A stretch of 61,630 nucleotides of DNA, the filler included, from Choristocarpus tenellus KU-1152 (lineage: Eukaryota > Protista > Phaeophyceae): the NCBI GenBank assembly GCA_964200185.2. It is 12 parts of 12 records of this genome, joined end to end, with 100 filler letters (N's around TTAATTAATTAA, not from the genome) between each part and the next. Parts side by side here need not be neighbours in the genome. Positions count along the whole stretch, not along the records: positions 22,394 to 31,083 come from CAXNAD020004441.1; positions 31,184 to 37,439 come from CAXNAD020008555.1; positions 37,540 to 44,000 come from CAXNAD020008092.1; 9 more parts are not named here. The stretch is one strand, 5' to 3'. A model generated the notes under the pieces. The model was not told the DNA's origin, did no database searches, and saw only the letters and a program-made list of their open reading frames with translations. Position numbers and translations under genes: made by a program. Positions 27,355 through 40,620 of this stretch are shown in pieces (positions within the stretch are counted from its first letter, which is position 1; every line of letters begins with the position of its first letter).

Positions 27355-27600
27355 GGTTTGTTGGTGTGATGGATGTGGTCCGTCGGTGGGGAAGATTTGT
27401 GTATGGCAAAAAGTAGACCAGCAGGGAGTTTTAGATTTTGTTTGTGCACGTTTTGGAACAGTGTGGCTTTGGAGAGTTCAAAGCAGATCCCCGTCTGCTC
27501 CGCTATGTAGTAAATGGTGTAGTTTGTGTCGTAATTGCCCCCCACGTTGATGACACTATGAGCAGAGGATCGCATGATATTTTAGTTTGGCTGCCGCCGC
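27355..27600 (+). mobile_element. Copia RT fragment
   Basis: VHVLEQCGF..KADP..LRYV..GVVCVVIAPHVDD; same family as 15531-15980. Confidence 0.85.
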
Positions 27601-28009
27601 TTTGTTTGGGTGTGGAAGAGAGGTCATCTGTTGCGGAAATCTCGACTTGTGCTGAAGATGGTGGTATGGAGTACGAGATGCTTGTGTGTCAACGTTTTTG
27701 TAGTAAGGTCAATTGCTCTGTGGGCCGATCAACGCAAAGAGGGGAGGAAAAAGAATTGGGGCATGGCAGTAAGAGTATTAGAGGATGGTGGCAGCACGCA
27801 CTAATGGAGATGAAGTCGAGGTTGCCACTGGGCCAATAAAAACGTGCGTATGAGGACACATAAACACAAACTCTTCGGGAAGATAATAAATTCAATATAC
27901 CAAATGCATAAGTCCGTTGATTTAGAGAACATCCGATCTCTCCATCATAACATGTCTGTCGAGGCATGTGTCGGACTGGCGAAGTAGAGGGTGACTCACG
28001 AACAGAAAT

Positions 28010-29831
28010 TGGCCTATGTTGCTCCTCAAAGCCGTGTCTCTCGCCAGTATGGTGGCAGTATAGGACTTGTCCAGAACCAGGCCCGTGTAGGAGTGTCTTG
28101 GACAATACTGTAGTGTTGGACAAGAAGCTGAATATTTCGCAAGTTGCCATTCTCCCATTTGTCCTTGTAGGGGTAGCCGACTCGCTCCTTTCTAATTTTC
28201 ATCGTGTAGTGGGGCTGGTACTTGGTCACGGTCCCTTGTATCCACATATTGTCCCATCAGAATTATAGTCCCCTGCCCTTGGCTCTGGCATTGAGTGTTT
28301 CTCCCTCATCTAAATCTGGCACATAACTCAGTGTCGGTTCAAGGAGTATATATTTCTATATATCGTTCTCTATGTTCCTACGCTTCTGCTGGCAGTCAAC
28401 AACCAACCGACGGCGTTGTCTGACACACAGGGCAGCAGCCTCGTCACTATCCCTCTTGTTCTTCTCTCGAAGTTGGTTGACACCCTCCTCAATCTCATCC
28501 TCTGTCATGTATGACCCCAGTTGAGGGGGCAAAGATTTTCGTCATCGTCTGGGAGGTAGGACACTGAGTAAATGTACGCCCCTGAACCATCTACATGAAC
28601 ATCGCTGACCTTCACCTGTACGATGGCCCCCCCACTCGCGCGTTGGATGAAGCTGATTCCTCGACCGAACCTGGCGTCCGATGTGTCCCCAAGTCTGAGT
28701 TGCCAAAAGAAGCGAGCAGGTATCCCACTGAGGGATTACCGGTTGGATTCCGAGGTGAACCTTGGATATAGACCAGGCAGGATGGTGAATGTGTTGTTCA
28801 GGTGGTTGTGGTCGATGTCTGTGAAGTCTAGGATGATGATAGCCTGAAGGGGCACGATGCGGGGACCCGGTTGTGCGTCCTGCATCACCACAAACATGTT
28901 CGTTGCAGGGGCTGTGTTGATGTGTAGGACTATTGGCCTTGTTTGGTTGTATAGGGGTGTTGTTTGTTGATTTTTTTGAGAAACGGATAGTTTTACGTAT
29001 TACAGAGGATACACTTAGGCAGCGGAATGAATGAATGGGATGCGCTTATTTGCCCTACTACATAACTTGTAAAAAATATAATGTGAAAGGTGTCAGTGGC
29101 GGTTCCAGATTGGGAGAACAAAATAACACTGGTTTGGATGTCAGGATTGGACGTTATGGGAGGAATTTATACGGGTTAGAGGGGAAATAAGGGGATATAT
29201 GACATCTGTACATGGACAGCGTGGATTCATTTGTGTGGGACATCTTTCTCTCTTAGAAGCAATAAGAAGCGTTCCTCACCTTGTCCGTCTGTGACATGTG
29301 AATAGTTGGCACTCCATCAACAAAGCTAGCACTCAGTACCTCGAAGTCTTCAGTGGCAAAGACGACCTCACCTCCAGTACTGAACATCCCTCCGTAGCTG
29401 GAGTGGTGTCTGACGTTCCATTGAATCGTGTCCTTGTGGTGGACAGTGAACGGCAAGAACTCTATACCATTGTACTCCGATGGCTGTGTCCGCACAATGC
29501 GTATGTTCCCCTTCTCGGCGAGCTGTCTCTTCTTCCTCGACAGCTGACTTCTCAGATACATATCACCCGTTCCCGCTTCCATAGAAAATCCGAGGTCTAT
29601 CTCCTTAAGCGGGGGCACGTGGGTTAGTTGCTACCTGCATTGGGCCAGGTTGTCGATGGAACAGTTCGTGCAGTAGCATGACAGTTCGGTGTATATCAAT
29701 GTACGGGAGTCTCTGGTGGTGAGCCGACCAGTGAAGAACCTGTGCATGGACTTGATTCCACTGAGGTTTGGGACATGTGGATCGTGTCGTCCCGCACGGT
29801 CGATCTTGTAAGACAGAAGGCGGACTATCTC
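28010..29831 (-). pseudogene. 3' exons of a Sola2-like transposase gene (exon 29280-29831 plus further decayed exons)
   Basis: AG|EIVRLLSYKIDR..PNLSGIKSMHRF..ELSCYCTNC....QC, one internal stop, donor GTGAGG at 29279; homologous to 46950-47088. Confidence 0.6.
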
Positions 29832-31083
29832 CTGTGTGCGGAACGTGTTGTTGATGTATAGAAGTTTCGTATACGTGTTACTGTGCTGTCTGCCGTTCCT
29901 GTCCGTCCAATCCTAAGGGTTGTGGTGACTGCGGGAATAAGGGGAGGTGAGGTAGATGTTGGAGTCCGTGTTGGCACTGAGGCAGTGTGCTGTGACCGAT
30001 TCGATGTGATGGCATTTTCTTTGGAGTAATATGTGCTACCTGTTCCTGTTACAAGTGTTTGGTAATGACAGATGGCAGCGTGTGATGAAACCCAAAACTT
30101 GGAGTTTTGTGTTAGTTTGCCGATTGGTAGACTTCTGAAAAATAGAGGGCGATGGTTGCAAGTGTGCACGGACTTTGTGCGGTCGATTAAGAAGTGCATG
30201 TATGTGCGATTATCATGTGATTCATGGTGTCGGCAAGAAGGGAAGGCACGGATGTGACATAATGGGTCAACGAAATCTATTGGCTTTTATAGTGTATGGG
30301 TTAGCAAGGGGCGGGAAGGTACAGACTGTCGCGAGTTGCAAACAGGGATTAATTATTGTGAGTGGGGAAAATCATGCACATGGTACATGTGGTATCTATT
30401 CCTGCAGCAAGTGATGGATACATGGCCGATGTTGTTACGTGAGAAAGAAAACAATAACTTTGAGTTTTGGGTTAGTTTACCGATTGGCAGACTTATTTTA
30501 AATCGAGGGCGATGGTTGCAAGTGTGCACGGACAGTGTGCGGTCGACTAGTAAATGCGTACGTGCGATTATCATGTGACTTTTGGTGTGGACGAGAAGGT
30601 AAGGCGCGGATGTGACATAATGGGTCAACGATATCTATTGCGTGTTTAGTGTATGGATCATCAAGGGGCGGGAGGATGCAGACAGATGCGAGCGGCAAGC
30701 AGGGATCAAATTATTGTGAGTAGGGAGAATCATGCGCATGTAGTATATGTGGCATATATTTCTGCAACAAGCGATGGGTATATGGTCGACTTTGACACTG
30801 GACAGAAAACAAGAACTCGGAGTTTTGTGCGAGTTTACCGATTGGCAGACTTGTACAAAATAAGTGGCGATAGTTGTGCAGTCATTCGATAAGTGCGTAC
30901 GTGTTTTCTTGACGCTGCGCGTCGTGTCTGGTTGAAGGGAGTGACGGATATGACACAAGTTCGAACGGTACATATTGAGTGTTTGTTGCATAGGTGGGGA
31001 AGGGGTGACGTGTTGGGGTTGTCGACAGTGGCAAACAGAGGCCGAACTTTGTGATTGAGGGGGGGGGTCGTCATGTGGAGTGT
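29832..31083. repeat. Three ~360-bp tandem units inside a predicted transposase intron
   Basis: CCGATTGG(C/T)AGACTT near 30120, 30480, 30838; homologous to 47089-48302. Confidence 0.85.
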
Positions 31084-31189
31084 NNNNNNNNNNNNNNNNN
31101 NNNNNNNNNNNNNNNNNNNNNNNNNNNTTAATTAATTAANNNNNNNNNNNNNNNNNNNNNNNNNNNNNNNNNNNNNNNNNNNNTTTTTG

Positions 31190-31222
<33 letters not shown>

Positions 31223-34200
31223 CGAATGGTGGTGGTCATGGCTTTGAGATTTTTTGTTTGTTTGTTTCACTAGATCCCTTTCCGGTGACAATTTTTTGCC
31301 CTTGGACAAATGTGGAGTTTTTTCAAGTCCCCATGATGATTGCAATCAATGTTCATATTCTTCACCATGCTGTGGGCCCTAACAAAATTTATTGTAATTA
31401 TAAGGTACACCTTAAATTGTGCTTGGTTGTTGTGGGATGACTCTGTTCCCAGTGAATTGTTTCAGTTGTATACTCTTGTACTTGTTGTGATTGGGCTGGT
31501 GTTCCGCACAGAGCATCTCTTTTTGAGAGAAAGGGACTCCACAGCTGTGCTGACTACTGCAGAGGTGTAAAAAGATGCCTAGCACCATATGCTAGCCCCC
31601 CTTCATTCTGCTTAGACCTCTCTGTTTCATATTTCACAAACCGTTCACCTTGTAGGTCATTGACGGAGTGCCCTGAGCAAGGAAATGCCAGAGTTCATAC
31701 TACATAAACGTAACATAATTTTTTATGAACTCCTCTGTATGTATGTTTACTTTGAAATCAAGTCCTTATGAATGGTACTGTAATAGTCCAACAGTGGTTG
31801 AGGTCAAGTGTTCTTGGGGGGGGTTCGTATATGAGGGTTTGATTTTACGTCAATATTCAGGGTTGTAATCTTTGTGTGGATCTACATTTTCAACAAACGT
31901 CGCAGTGAACAAAGGTTCTTGTATTGTACTCCTTCCTCTGTCAAGCGCTGAAGCCAACCTTTTTTCTGTTGGAGGAAGCAACACGGATTGCTGACAACAC
32001 TCTCTATCGCCATACAAATTACTGTAAACAGATGGGTAATTTCATTCTTATCTTTCGAGGATGTAACCACTTCATCCACTGCGGAAGTGGATGTTTGAAG
32101 GTGCAGGTCTTGTCGATTCTATCAATATATAGTCATATAGTAATATTAATAATAGTTGAACGCTTTTCATAAACTGGCTCTTGTGTGATACAAGGTACAT
32201 GCACTGGTATGGCTCAATGTTCTTACGGATTGTAACAGGTGTGTGTTGATGTGTCAAGAGGTTGGGGGTGGGAGGCACCTTGCTACTTGTATGTTAACCT
32301 CTTCCTTTCAGAAGCAGAAACCAAAGACCTCAAAAGCTTATCCATCAGTGTTCCTTCCGCAATGTGAGAACATTGATCGTATTCAAGTCAAGTACTGTAC
32401 AAGCTCTGCCCTGTATAATTGTACCCACTAATGGTGCACTCCTGTAGTATTTTGTACTGCTCTGTGGCTGCTGTGTGATGGTACCATAATTTTCTGTTAA
32501 CAAGATGCGGTCCTTGACGTGGGTAAGGACAGAGGAAGCAATTTTTCAGTCTCTTACCTCACATTTAGATTTCAAAACCAGTGCTGATTTTCGTTCATCT
32601 CATCTCCATGAATTGATTAAAAGGTTGGAAGCCACTTTTTGATTGTTTTCTAATTTCATGTGCATGGACGTAACTAAACTAATGTGAATCCATCACTCAA
32701 TTTCTCACAATAAGCAATTCCTGGGGATTTTTTTTTATGGCATGATGCAGCAGTTGTTAGAAATAGGTAATACAAAAAAAGCTTTGTACAATAAACCATT
32801 ATTCCAAGAAAATAGAAACAGACTAGGACTTAGCCTCAATATTGTTCGCTTCCGGCGGGGTCCCTCACCAGCATGTAGATCCTCTCACCTCGTTTGGAGT
32901 CCTCATCTGCTTGGGTCTAGAGCGCCACTCATCCTCAATCGGTCAGCAACCACTCTGTCAACTCATGAGAACTGGTACTGCGCACCTTACAAACCCACAC
33001 TAATCACGGAGCAGTATCCTATAAAATACTCTTTCTGAGTGAGTGTTACATTGAAACCACTGTGTTGAGTATTGTATAGCATTGAGCTAGCTGTCTCCTG
33101 CATTGAACTTCTCCCATCTCAATGAGATTTTGCAATAAAACGATCAATAGATGAAGCGCAATGATTGGCAGATCTTTGAAAATGTCGCTTTCAATGGTGT
33201 CTACTCACCCCTTGCCCAGATGCGTATATTCATCCCTCGAAATCGCAAAATCTACAGCATCATGGGGTGCACTGATTCTCAGGTGGGTTAGAAAGGAGGT
33301 GTGAACACTTTCCCTTGGCTTGATCTCCCATGAAAATTTCAGCAACTCACAATCCATGAGCCCCTCTTGTTCTCTCATTACCCATACTTTGTGGTCACTA
33401 CAGACCTCCATGGACAAGCCCTGCAAGTAACACCAATGAATTGCAAAAGAGTACCAGTGGGTCTGGACAACCTTAAGAAGAATCTTTAGTGTAGGTATGA
33501 TCACCAGCATTTATTCACCTTTTTTCTCTAGGAGCTTACTCTGTACCTTTACACCATATGCCGATATCTACTGCTCCTATGAGTGTGCGTGTGTACATAA
33601 AACTGTAGGGTGGGGGGTCATCAAGCCAACAAGGGAGCAAAGAGGGACTGCATTGAAAAAGGAGGGAGGTTGTGGACACAAAACTAGCTGTACACACTGT
33701 TATGTTTACCCCAGATGGGGCTGTGGCTTGCTATCTCTCCCCCTCCTTCCCTCTTTGGTGACAAGGAAGGGGCAGTCTCTTTATGGGATTACCCACAAAC
33801 TGTCTCTTCCATGACCATGCTGTCCAGCTGCCCTTTGTTCTGATACCACAAAGGAAAAAACATGCACAAAATGGCAGTCAAAACACAGAGAAAGGCAAAG
33901 TCTGATCCACACCTGAATAGTAAGGCCTAAGAGACTGGAAAAGGCTGAAATTGGCTTCAACAACAAAGGGACTCACTTTCCACAAAGGCTTTAGCGGAAA
34001 GGATGTCGTCCAAGATCGTGAGTTTTACTATTCAGTTCAAGTGCAGTCTCCTCTAAAAAGCACAACGTTGACAAATAAGAATGAACGTGAGTGAAGGTGC
34101 TGTTAGTCCTACACCATTACTATTGTGAGTATGTCTGTCTCCCTTCAGTCTTCTCAGCAAAGCATAACCTCAACAAAGAAGTAGGGTAGAACAAAGCCAC

Positions 34201-34481
34201 ACTGGCCCGAGCAAAGCTTCATATGCTTTGGGCTGCAAAGGGGACATTGCATACCAAAAATAATAAAACAAGTTAAGGGGGAAAAGGTGTGTTCAGATCC
34301 AGGTACGATTCCAATCCCACACACTCACAGCACCATCATCATGCCCCCACCTAAGCCTCTCCCACTTTTTCAGTTGATACAACTGCCCCTATGAATTCTC
34401 CTCAGACTCTCCTTTCCCGCTCTGCCCCCCCAACCCTCCCTTCCCCACAGTCAATTGCAAATGCACCTTGTGATCAATCCA

Positions 34482-35350
34482 TCATGTAAATGTCTTCTTG
34501 GTCATAATGGCATAAAACTCCTCTGCATTGATCTCCCCATCCTGATCTGTGTCAGCTCGTTCAATCATCTCTAGGAGTTCCGCATCTTTGGTGACGGTTT
34601 TTGAATTCGAGTATGGGATATTCAGGATGGAATCAGTCATGTATCAATGAGAATTATGATATGTAGATAGGGAAGAGATAAAGTACCATATATTTGACAA
34701 CTGATCGCTGTCAACATGACTGATCAAACAGGAATGGATGGAGCGATATGCTAGAGAGACATAACTTCTAGGACGGGGTGAATGGGGAGGATCCACTATG
34801 ATGTACAGATGAATTTTACCTGGCCAACGAATGGAATTGTGCTATGAGTGAGGGTGGATTTCCATCTGTTACAGATCAACGAAGTATTGAACCATTTCAC
34901 CTATCACGGTCAACCACTGATTCAGCCTATCACTGTGCAGGCTTTAGGTTCACCTGACATTGTTTCCCCCAATTCCTTAGCCACTCGCTTGAGATTCCGA
35001 AGGGTAATGTGCCCTGTTTGGTCATCGTCGAATAGACTAAAAACTTTCCCGATGTCTTCCCTTGTGTCTTTATCGCTCATCTTGGCTGTCATCATGTCCA
35101 GAAATTCCTCAAAGTCAATGGAACCTGAGCCATCTTTGTCGATGTCGCTGATCATTTGGTAAATTGTTTGGTTCTTCGCCTCAAAACCCAGAGACTGCAT
35201 TGCCGCCTTTAGCTCTTTAGGATCGATGGTACCAGACCCATCAGTATCGAAAAGATTGAAGGCCTCTCGGATCTCTTCAATTTCTTCCTCGGACAACCCA
35301 GGTCTCTCATATGTCTTGCCCACTCGCTTAGCCGTCGGTGTGCGCCGGTT
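34482..35350 (-). CDS. CETN: Centrin/caltractin (ICL1e/centrin-2-like subfamily); exons 34954-35350 and 34482-34585; first exon unresolved
   Basis: [56 protein letters not shown]|[34 protein letters not shown]; four EF hands; phase-1 GT-AG intron. Confidence 0.95.
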
Positions 35351-36175
35351 CTTCAAATTCGAACGTTGTGGGGGTCACGAGGTGGGAGGTTGGGTGTTAG
35401 TTCTCAGTGGAGAGGGTCAGAAGCAAGGCCCCACACCAACATCCACAACAAGATATTGACGTGTACCCAAATTTTGTTGGGTTCATCGTCTAGCTTTTCG
35501 GATCGTAGGGGGAAAACAAGGGCGGGAGGAAGAAAGAATGTCGACTGGCGCGCAATCTTCCCTCACTAAGACATGGAGGGTGGAAACTTCAATGTTTTTA
35601 CATCCTTCTAGAGTAGTTTTTAAGGTTTTCAGGGATTTCTACATACCTACAAAGTAGTTTGTGGAAAACCGTGGTTGGAGACCCAAGGCACTTTATCCCT
35701 TTCCCACAAAACGTCAGCGTCCCAAAATAGCTCTTCCCAAAGTCTGCAAACTCACCATTGTTTTAGCAACCAAGAGACGAGGCTAAGGTCTTCAAGGGAT
35801 ACCAAATACGACACCTAGTCCACACGAGAGGAGGACGCACGTTCTTGCAGGGGTGTGACCGTCTAAGTCAACTATCTGAACCAACTGTACGTGTACGTTC
35901 TTCTCTAGTTACATGGAATGAGATAGGTTTCACCCTCCAACTTTCAAAATTTGTTTGAAACTTTTTTTTCTTCCTTCAGCGCATGTTTCTACAAATACTA
36001 CAAACCCAAAAAGAAAACGTGGGTCATCCCGAGGAGAGTGTCTGGCTCGACGCTAAACCCGAGAAAGCGCTCCCTTCCACGCGGGAGTGCTAGGTGGTGA
36101 GAGGTGCTTTTTCGCCGAGGCGAAGAAGCCTTCTCGAGTTCCATCAACTTCGGACCGAAAGGGGAGAGGCCAGCT

Positions 36176-37439
36176 ATGTGGGAGGGAAGGGGAAGCTTGA
36201 TCGCATTCCTCGCAACTTTTGGTACCCATTTCTCCAATGTGGGGGCCTTTGTTTTGCCGAATGGAATGGGAGTGGTCTCTAAGATGAACCGAAATGCACT
36301 TGGCGGTGTGCAGATGGTGACGGCTGACCTTCCTGGCAGGTAATGTGTGGACCTGTTGGTGTACCCGAGACGGTCAATCATCAATGCATGAACAGCGTGT
36401 GGTTACGTATCTTTCAATATCTCTGACTTCAGATTGGAGGTGATAAAGGCCTAAGACATAGCGCTTCAACCTGTGCTAATATTTTAGTGCCTACCCAGTA
36501 TTACTAATCCTGAGGAAGATTTCTGTAGTCATCTGTCCCCTGCTGAACCGACTTCGCCCATGTGCAGCACGCCAGAGAAGAAAAGCAGCAGTGATGTCAG
36601 GTGGAGAATTAGGGATGCCATATGGAAGGCCTCAGATATGCTGTCAAGTGCCGTGGAGGATAGACCCTCTGTTCCTGCTAAAGTGAGCTCACAGTGAATA
36701 GAAAATATCCTTACGAGAGTATGTGTTGTATTGGTAGATGCCTGAATATGTCAAGGGGGGTACCCTGTTCAACGCAAGAAATACTAATGCTCCCCTGAAT
36801 TCTCTATTACTATGGAAACATTGAGTAGGTACCAATGCTACCTCAATGGGTAATCCGTAGGTCGGACATCATTCACTGTCTGCCGAGATACTAATGTCAC
36901 TGTTCATGTCGAATAGTCGTAGTAGAGGGAGGGACTTGTGCACATGCCTACTTACCTCCACAGAATGACTAAGATTTTAACTAATCTCTCCTGCTTCCCA
37001 CCTTTTTTGACAGTCGTACGAGGGGCTTGAAAGACTTGGCGAGGTCCTTCTGGACTTGGACGACAAACTATTCGACAAGAGGTCATCCTCGGGACCCACT
37101 GGTCAGTATCTCGACTCTCTTTCAAGCACTTCGCCGCCTTCACCACTGCCGCCCTCCAATGACACGAAATCGGGCTCCTCTATGACCATCGAACGTAAGT
37201 GACTGCCTGCTCCTCCTCCCAGGTGCCCATCAGTTCTGGACCCTGCTGGTGTTAATCTGCATTTACAGCTGTTTTTGAACACCACACGAATGGAGCTAGC
37301 ACCATCCTGTCAAAACCCACATGAGGGTAAGATGACACCAGCTACCTAAGCACCTCCCCATCCCTTCCACCCCCCCCCCCTAATTTGCATAGAAACAACA
37401 GAAGTTGTGGAGAGCGTTGAGGAGCCTGCTGCAGACCCG
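36176..37439 (+). CDS. 3'-partial protein of unknown function with a putative bipartite plastid presequence; exons 36176-36339, 36499-36682, 37014-37194, 37393-37439
   Basis: Four exons splice in phase with donors GTAATG, GTGAGC, GTAAGT and no stops; the N-terminus SLIAFLATFGTHFSNVGA-FVLP resembles the ASA-FAP motif. Confidence 0.75.
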
Positions 37440-37539
37440 NNNNNNNNNNNNNNNNNNNNNNNNNNNNNNNNNNNNNNNNNNNNTTAATTAATTAANNNNN
37501 NNNNNNNNNNNNNNNNNNNNNNNNNNNNNNNNNNNNNNN

Positions 37540-39720
37540 GTGCCCTGAGGATGCATCTTAGGCCGCAAGCACTGAAGCATCTCGCGCAGGTGTGTGTTGG
37601 TCGCCTCTTCGTCGATGAGGAGTCTTGGCTCGGCGGCAATGGACACTATGGCGAGCTTTGGCACGTTGCGGAAGGCAAAATCACCAAGTTTGTCTAAGGA
37701 TACCATGGGGTCGAGAGGGTGAAGGTCGTGTAGTGCAGTGTTCTCACTCCTGCTTGGACATCATGACACACGACACAGTAGACAGACAGCACGACAAGAA
37801 GGACGGCATAGTAAGCTACAGTGCAGGCAATCTATTCATTAAGTGAGTTCCTGACAATATTTCACGGCATCTCCAAAATATCAGGCCGTACCCTCCACAA
37901 TGCCAGACTCATCAGATACATCTCGTGGAAGGAGGGTAGACGTCAAAACACTAAGTTCCATGGCCCATGGAACCCTCCAAAAAAGCGACACATCTAAGGT
38001 ACAAAGGACGAGCAATCCACATGATGTACAAGCAGTCAAGACATATGTCCAAACCAACGCGAAAATAAACACGCAGAGATGACTTGTGTGTCTGTATAAT
38101 GTGTAACCACGCCGAGACCCACATGCACTTCTCCATGTCGGCCGTTTCGCTGCGTGAGGGGGGACGTAAAAGGCTTTGCGTCGTGGATGACCCGCCCACG
38201 CTCCTTGCACGAGCCTTGCCCTTGCCCCTGCCCCTGCCTCGACCCGCTGCTTCGTTCCCCACCGATCCAGACCCTTCACTGCCCTCCTGTGCCATGGGGC
38301 AATTGATACATAATCGATCCTTGTGCCTCTCGTCGCCTACAATCTCCACGTAGGCACATTCACCCATATGCGTGATAGAGCACTGCGGGCATGTATACCT
38401 GTCACGTGTGTCATCAAACAAGAGCATTAAACAGACAGGATATTATTTTTCGAAATCATTAATTGGGTGCAACAACGCAACGCGGGGATCCACGGTTATG
38501 AAGGACTACAAAATTGGCGGCGCAAAACAGCACGTAGTACAGGTGAGATACAACAGTCGGTGATGTACATGCATTAACACACAATTGGACAGTGGCAAAT
38601 TAAGAGACGTGGGGGTAGCGACCGCAGCGCTGCACACAGAGGGACCCCGCAACATTCCACCGGTTCAGTGGCGTGCGCCACTGAAAAGATACAACGTATC
38701 TATCCGTTCTGGGGATTGGATGGAAACCAATCTTACACTATTAATTACACTCCGCCCTACACGTGTACCGTTACAAGTACATTACTCACCGAGACGTAGG
38801 TGGAGGATTGCATTCAGTACAGCAAACGCCCGCGTTCCACCCTCCCTCTTCGTTTTGTTCTTCTTCCGCACCGGGAACACTGCCGGCAGAACCCCCTTCG
38901 TCCGTATCCTCCCTGTCTGGCAGTCCGTTCCATCCCTCGTCTTCGTCCCCTTCTTTGTGTTCGTCCCCTCCCTCGTCTTCTTTCTCACGGTCATCTGATG
39001 CTGATCCGTTCTTGCTCTCAACTTCTGCGCCGCCGCCATCACAGCCCCGCCCGCTGTGAACCTGGTGGAGGTTGAACTGGTTGAGTACATCCTGGTATTT
39101 ACCATCCCAGGTGGTGAGGTAAGCGCGTAGAGCCGAGTCCTTCTTGATAATCTAGTAGTGGAGACGGCGGAGGACGTCGTTGAGGAGAGGAGGGGACGAT
39201 GATGACGTCAAAAATGGGAGAGTGTAATGGAAGTACGATAGCATGTCAGTCGGGCAGAGCAAACGATATGGTTGACGTGGTGAACGAGCCGGAGTATCTT
39301 AGAGCTGTGTCCATTTGGGGTCAAAATCCAATGTTCTGATTTCGATGTAATTTTGGCTATTGTGTTTGTTAGGAAGTTTCAATATCCTTGTTCCGGACAC
39401 ATCTTTTCATAACGTATATATTCTACCTACTCCGAAATTATTTCGGAATGGGAAAATTTCATAAAAACCCCGAAGGAAGTTAAGCCCCAAATGGACAAAC
39501 AGGGCAAATCTCGTACCCTCTAAGATACTTTCACTCCACGCTCGCTTAAAGGACGCACCATATCTGTGCATGTGACGTGTCCTAGTTTCATCTTGTATGA
39601 CCCCAGATAATGTTCATCCAGTAGCTGGGACATGCCAATAGGGGGTAGGTCCCGCGTTCTGGATTCCAACCTTTGTCATCGGCGGGCGGGTGGGTTGTTG
39701 TTCTTGGAATGTTCGACATG
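37540..39720 (-). pseudogene. Element-borne spliced gene remnant: ParB-like N-terminus (39537-39720), acidic exon (38790-39151), PHD-like Zn finger (from 38398), further exons to the contig end
   Basis: LLDEHYLGSYKMKLGHVTCTDMVRPLSERG is homologous to 56500-56600; spliced CCTEC..R|YTCPQCSITHMGEC..CINC. Confidence 0.55.
39286..39536 (-). mobile_element. MITE family 1, no clean TSD
   Basis: Colinear body and TIRs. Confidence 0.88.
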
Positions 39721-40362
39721 GCAAAGATTGGGAGGGTGTGATGGGGATGGATAAGTAAGAGGTCTGGGTGGTATCTACGAAAGGGAATGAATTGAAATGA
39801 GGACTGAGGGGTGGGAGGTGCTGTTTTATGTCGTCTGACCTTTCGATCCTCAAAACTCAGATTGCACATTTTTTATGAGAATTGCGTTACAAAAATACGA
39901 ATATAAAACAGCATAGGATTTCATATTGAACTGGGACAGAGGGTGTCTGTATTTTCGTGACCTTTTCGGCCTATCACGTTTTGAACGTATTAAATCAATG
40001 AAGGATGTGGTTTGTATCTGTATTTGTTGGTGTAAAGATTAGAATATCATTCTACTTTTGGAAAAACCCTAACGCACGTTTTCTGAGTGTTCAACGGTAA
40101 AAGTGTTTACCAGTAACCAGGAATAAGATAGATCTGCTTTTTTATGTTATCTAGTGTTTATTTAAACCCTAAAGACGCCAAAAAGTGGATTTAGGGTTTA
40201 TTTAAATAGTGGGTACCAGTTGGAAGGCCTTCTTAGGTTTTCTGAAAGTTGGAAACGTGTGAGACCCCTAAAGTGCGTTCTTGGTATTTAAAAAAAAACT
40301 AAGCACGGTTTTCAGTGGATTTAGTATTTAAAAAACCCTTACGCACATGTAAAGTGGCCTAA

Positions 40363-40620
40363 GTGTCAAAATATCTTAGAGGGTAGAGCCGCGTCCATTT
40401 GGGGGGCAATATCCACTGTTGCGATTTCGATGTAATTTTGGCTATCGTGTTTATTAGGAGATGTCAATATCCTCGTTCCGGACACACCGTTTCATAACAT
40501 ACACATTTTACCTACTCTGAAATTTTTTGGAGTAGAAAAATGTCATAAAAACCCCGAGGGAAGCCAAGTCCCAAATGGACAAATAGGGCAAAACTCGTAC
40601 CCTCTAAGATACTTTCACTC
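40363..40620 (-). mobile_element. MITE family 1
   Basis: GTGTCAAAATATCTTAGAGGGTA..TACCCTCTAAGATACTTTCACTC. Confidence 0.9.

Noticed and set aside
31192-31223. Poly-G/C runs near contig ends as functional G-quadruplexes or poly-Pro ORFs
   Set aside because: They coincide with assembly breaks and their lengths are unreliable
31880-33470. Possible multi-exon gene downstream of centrin (minus strand)
   Set aside because: One exon-like block (about 33210-33420) has good splice sites, but neighbouring candidates have stops in all frames and no domain is recognisable
35440-35580. Centrin first exon and start codon
   Set aside because: Several ATG/donor pairs exist; the best-looking ones are out of phase with the acceptor at 35351, so none can be supported
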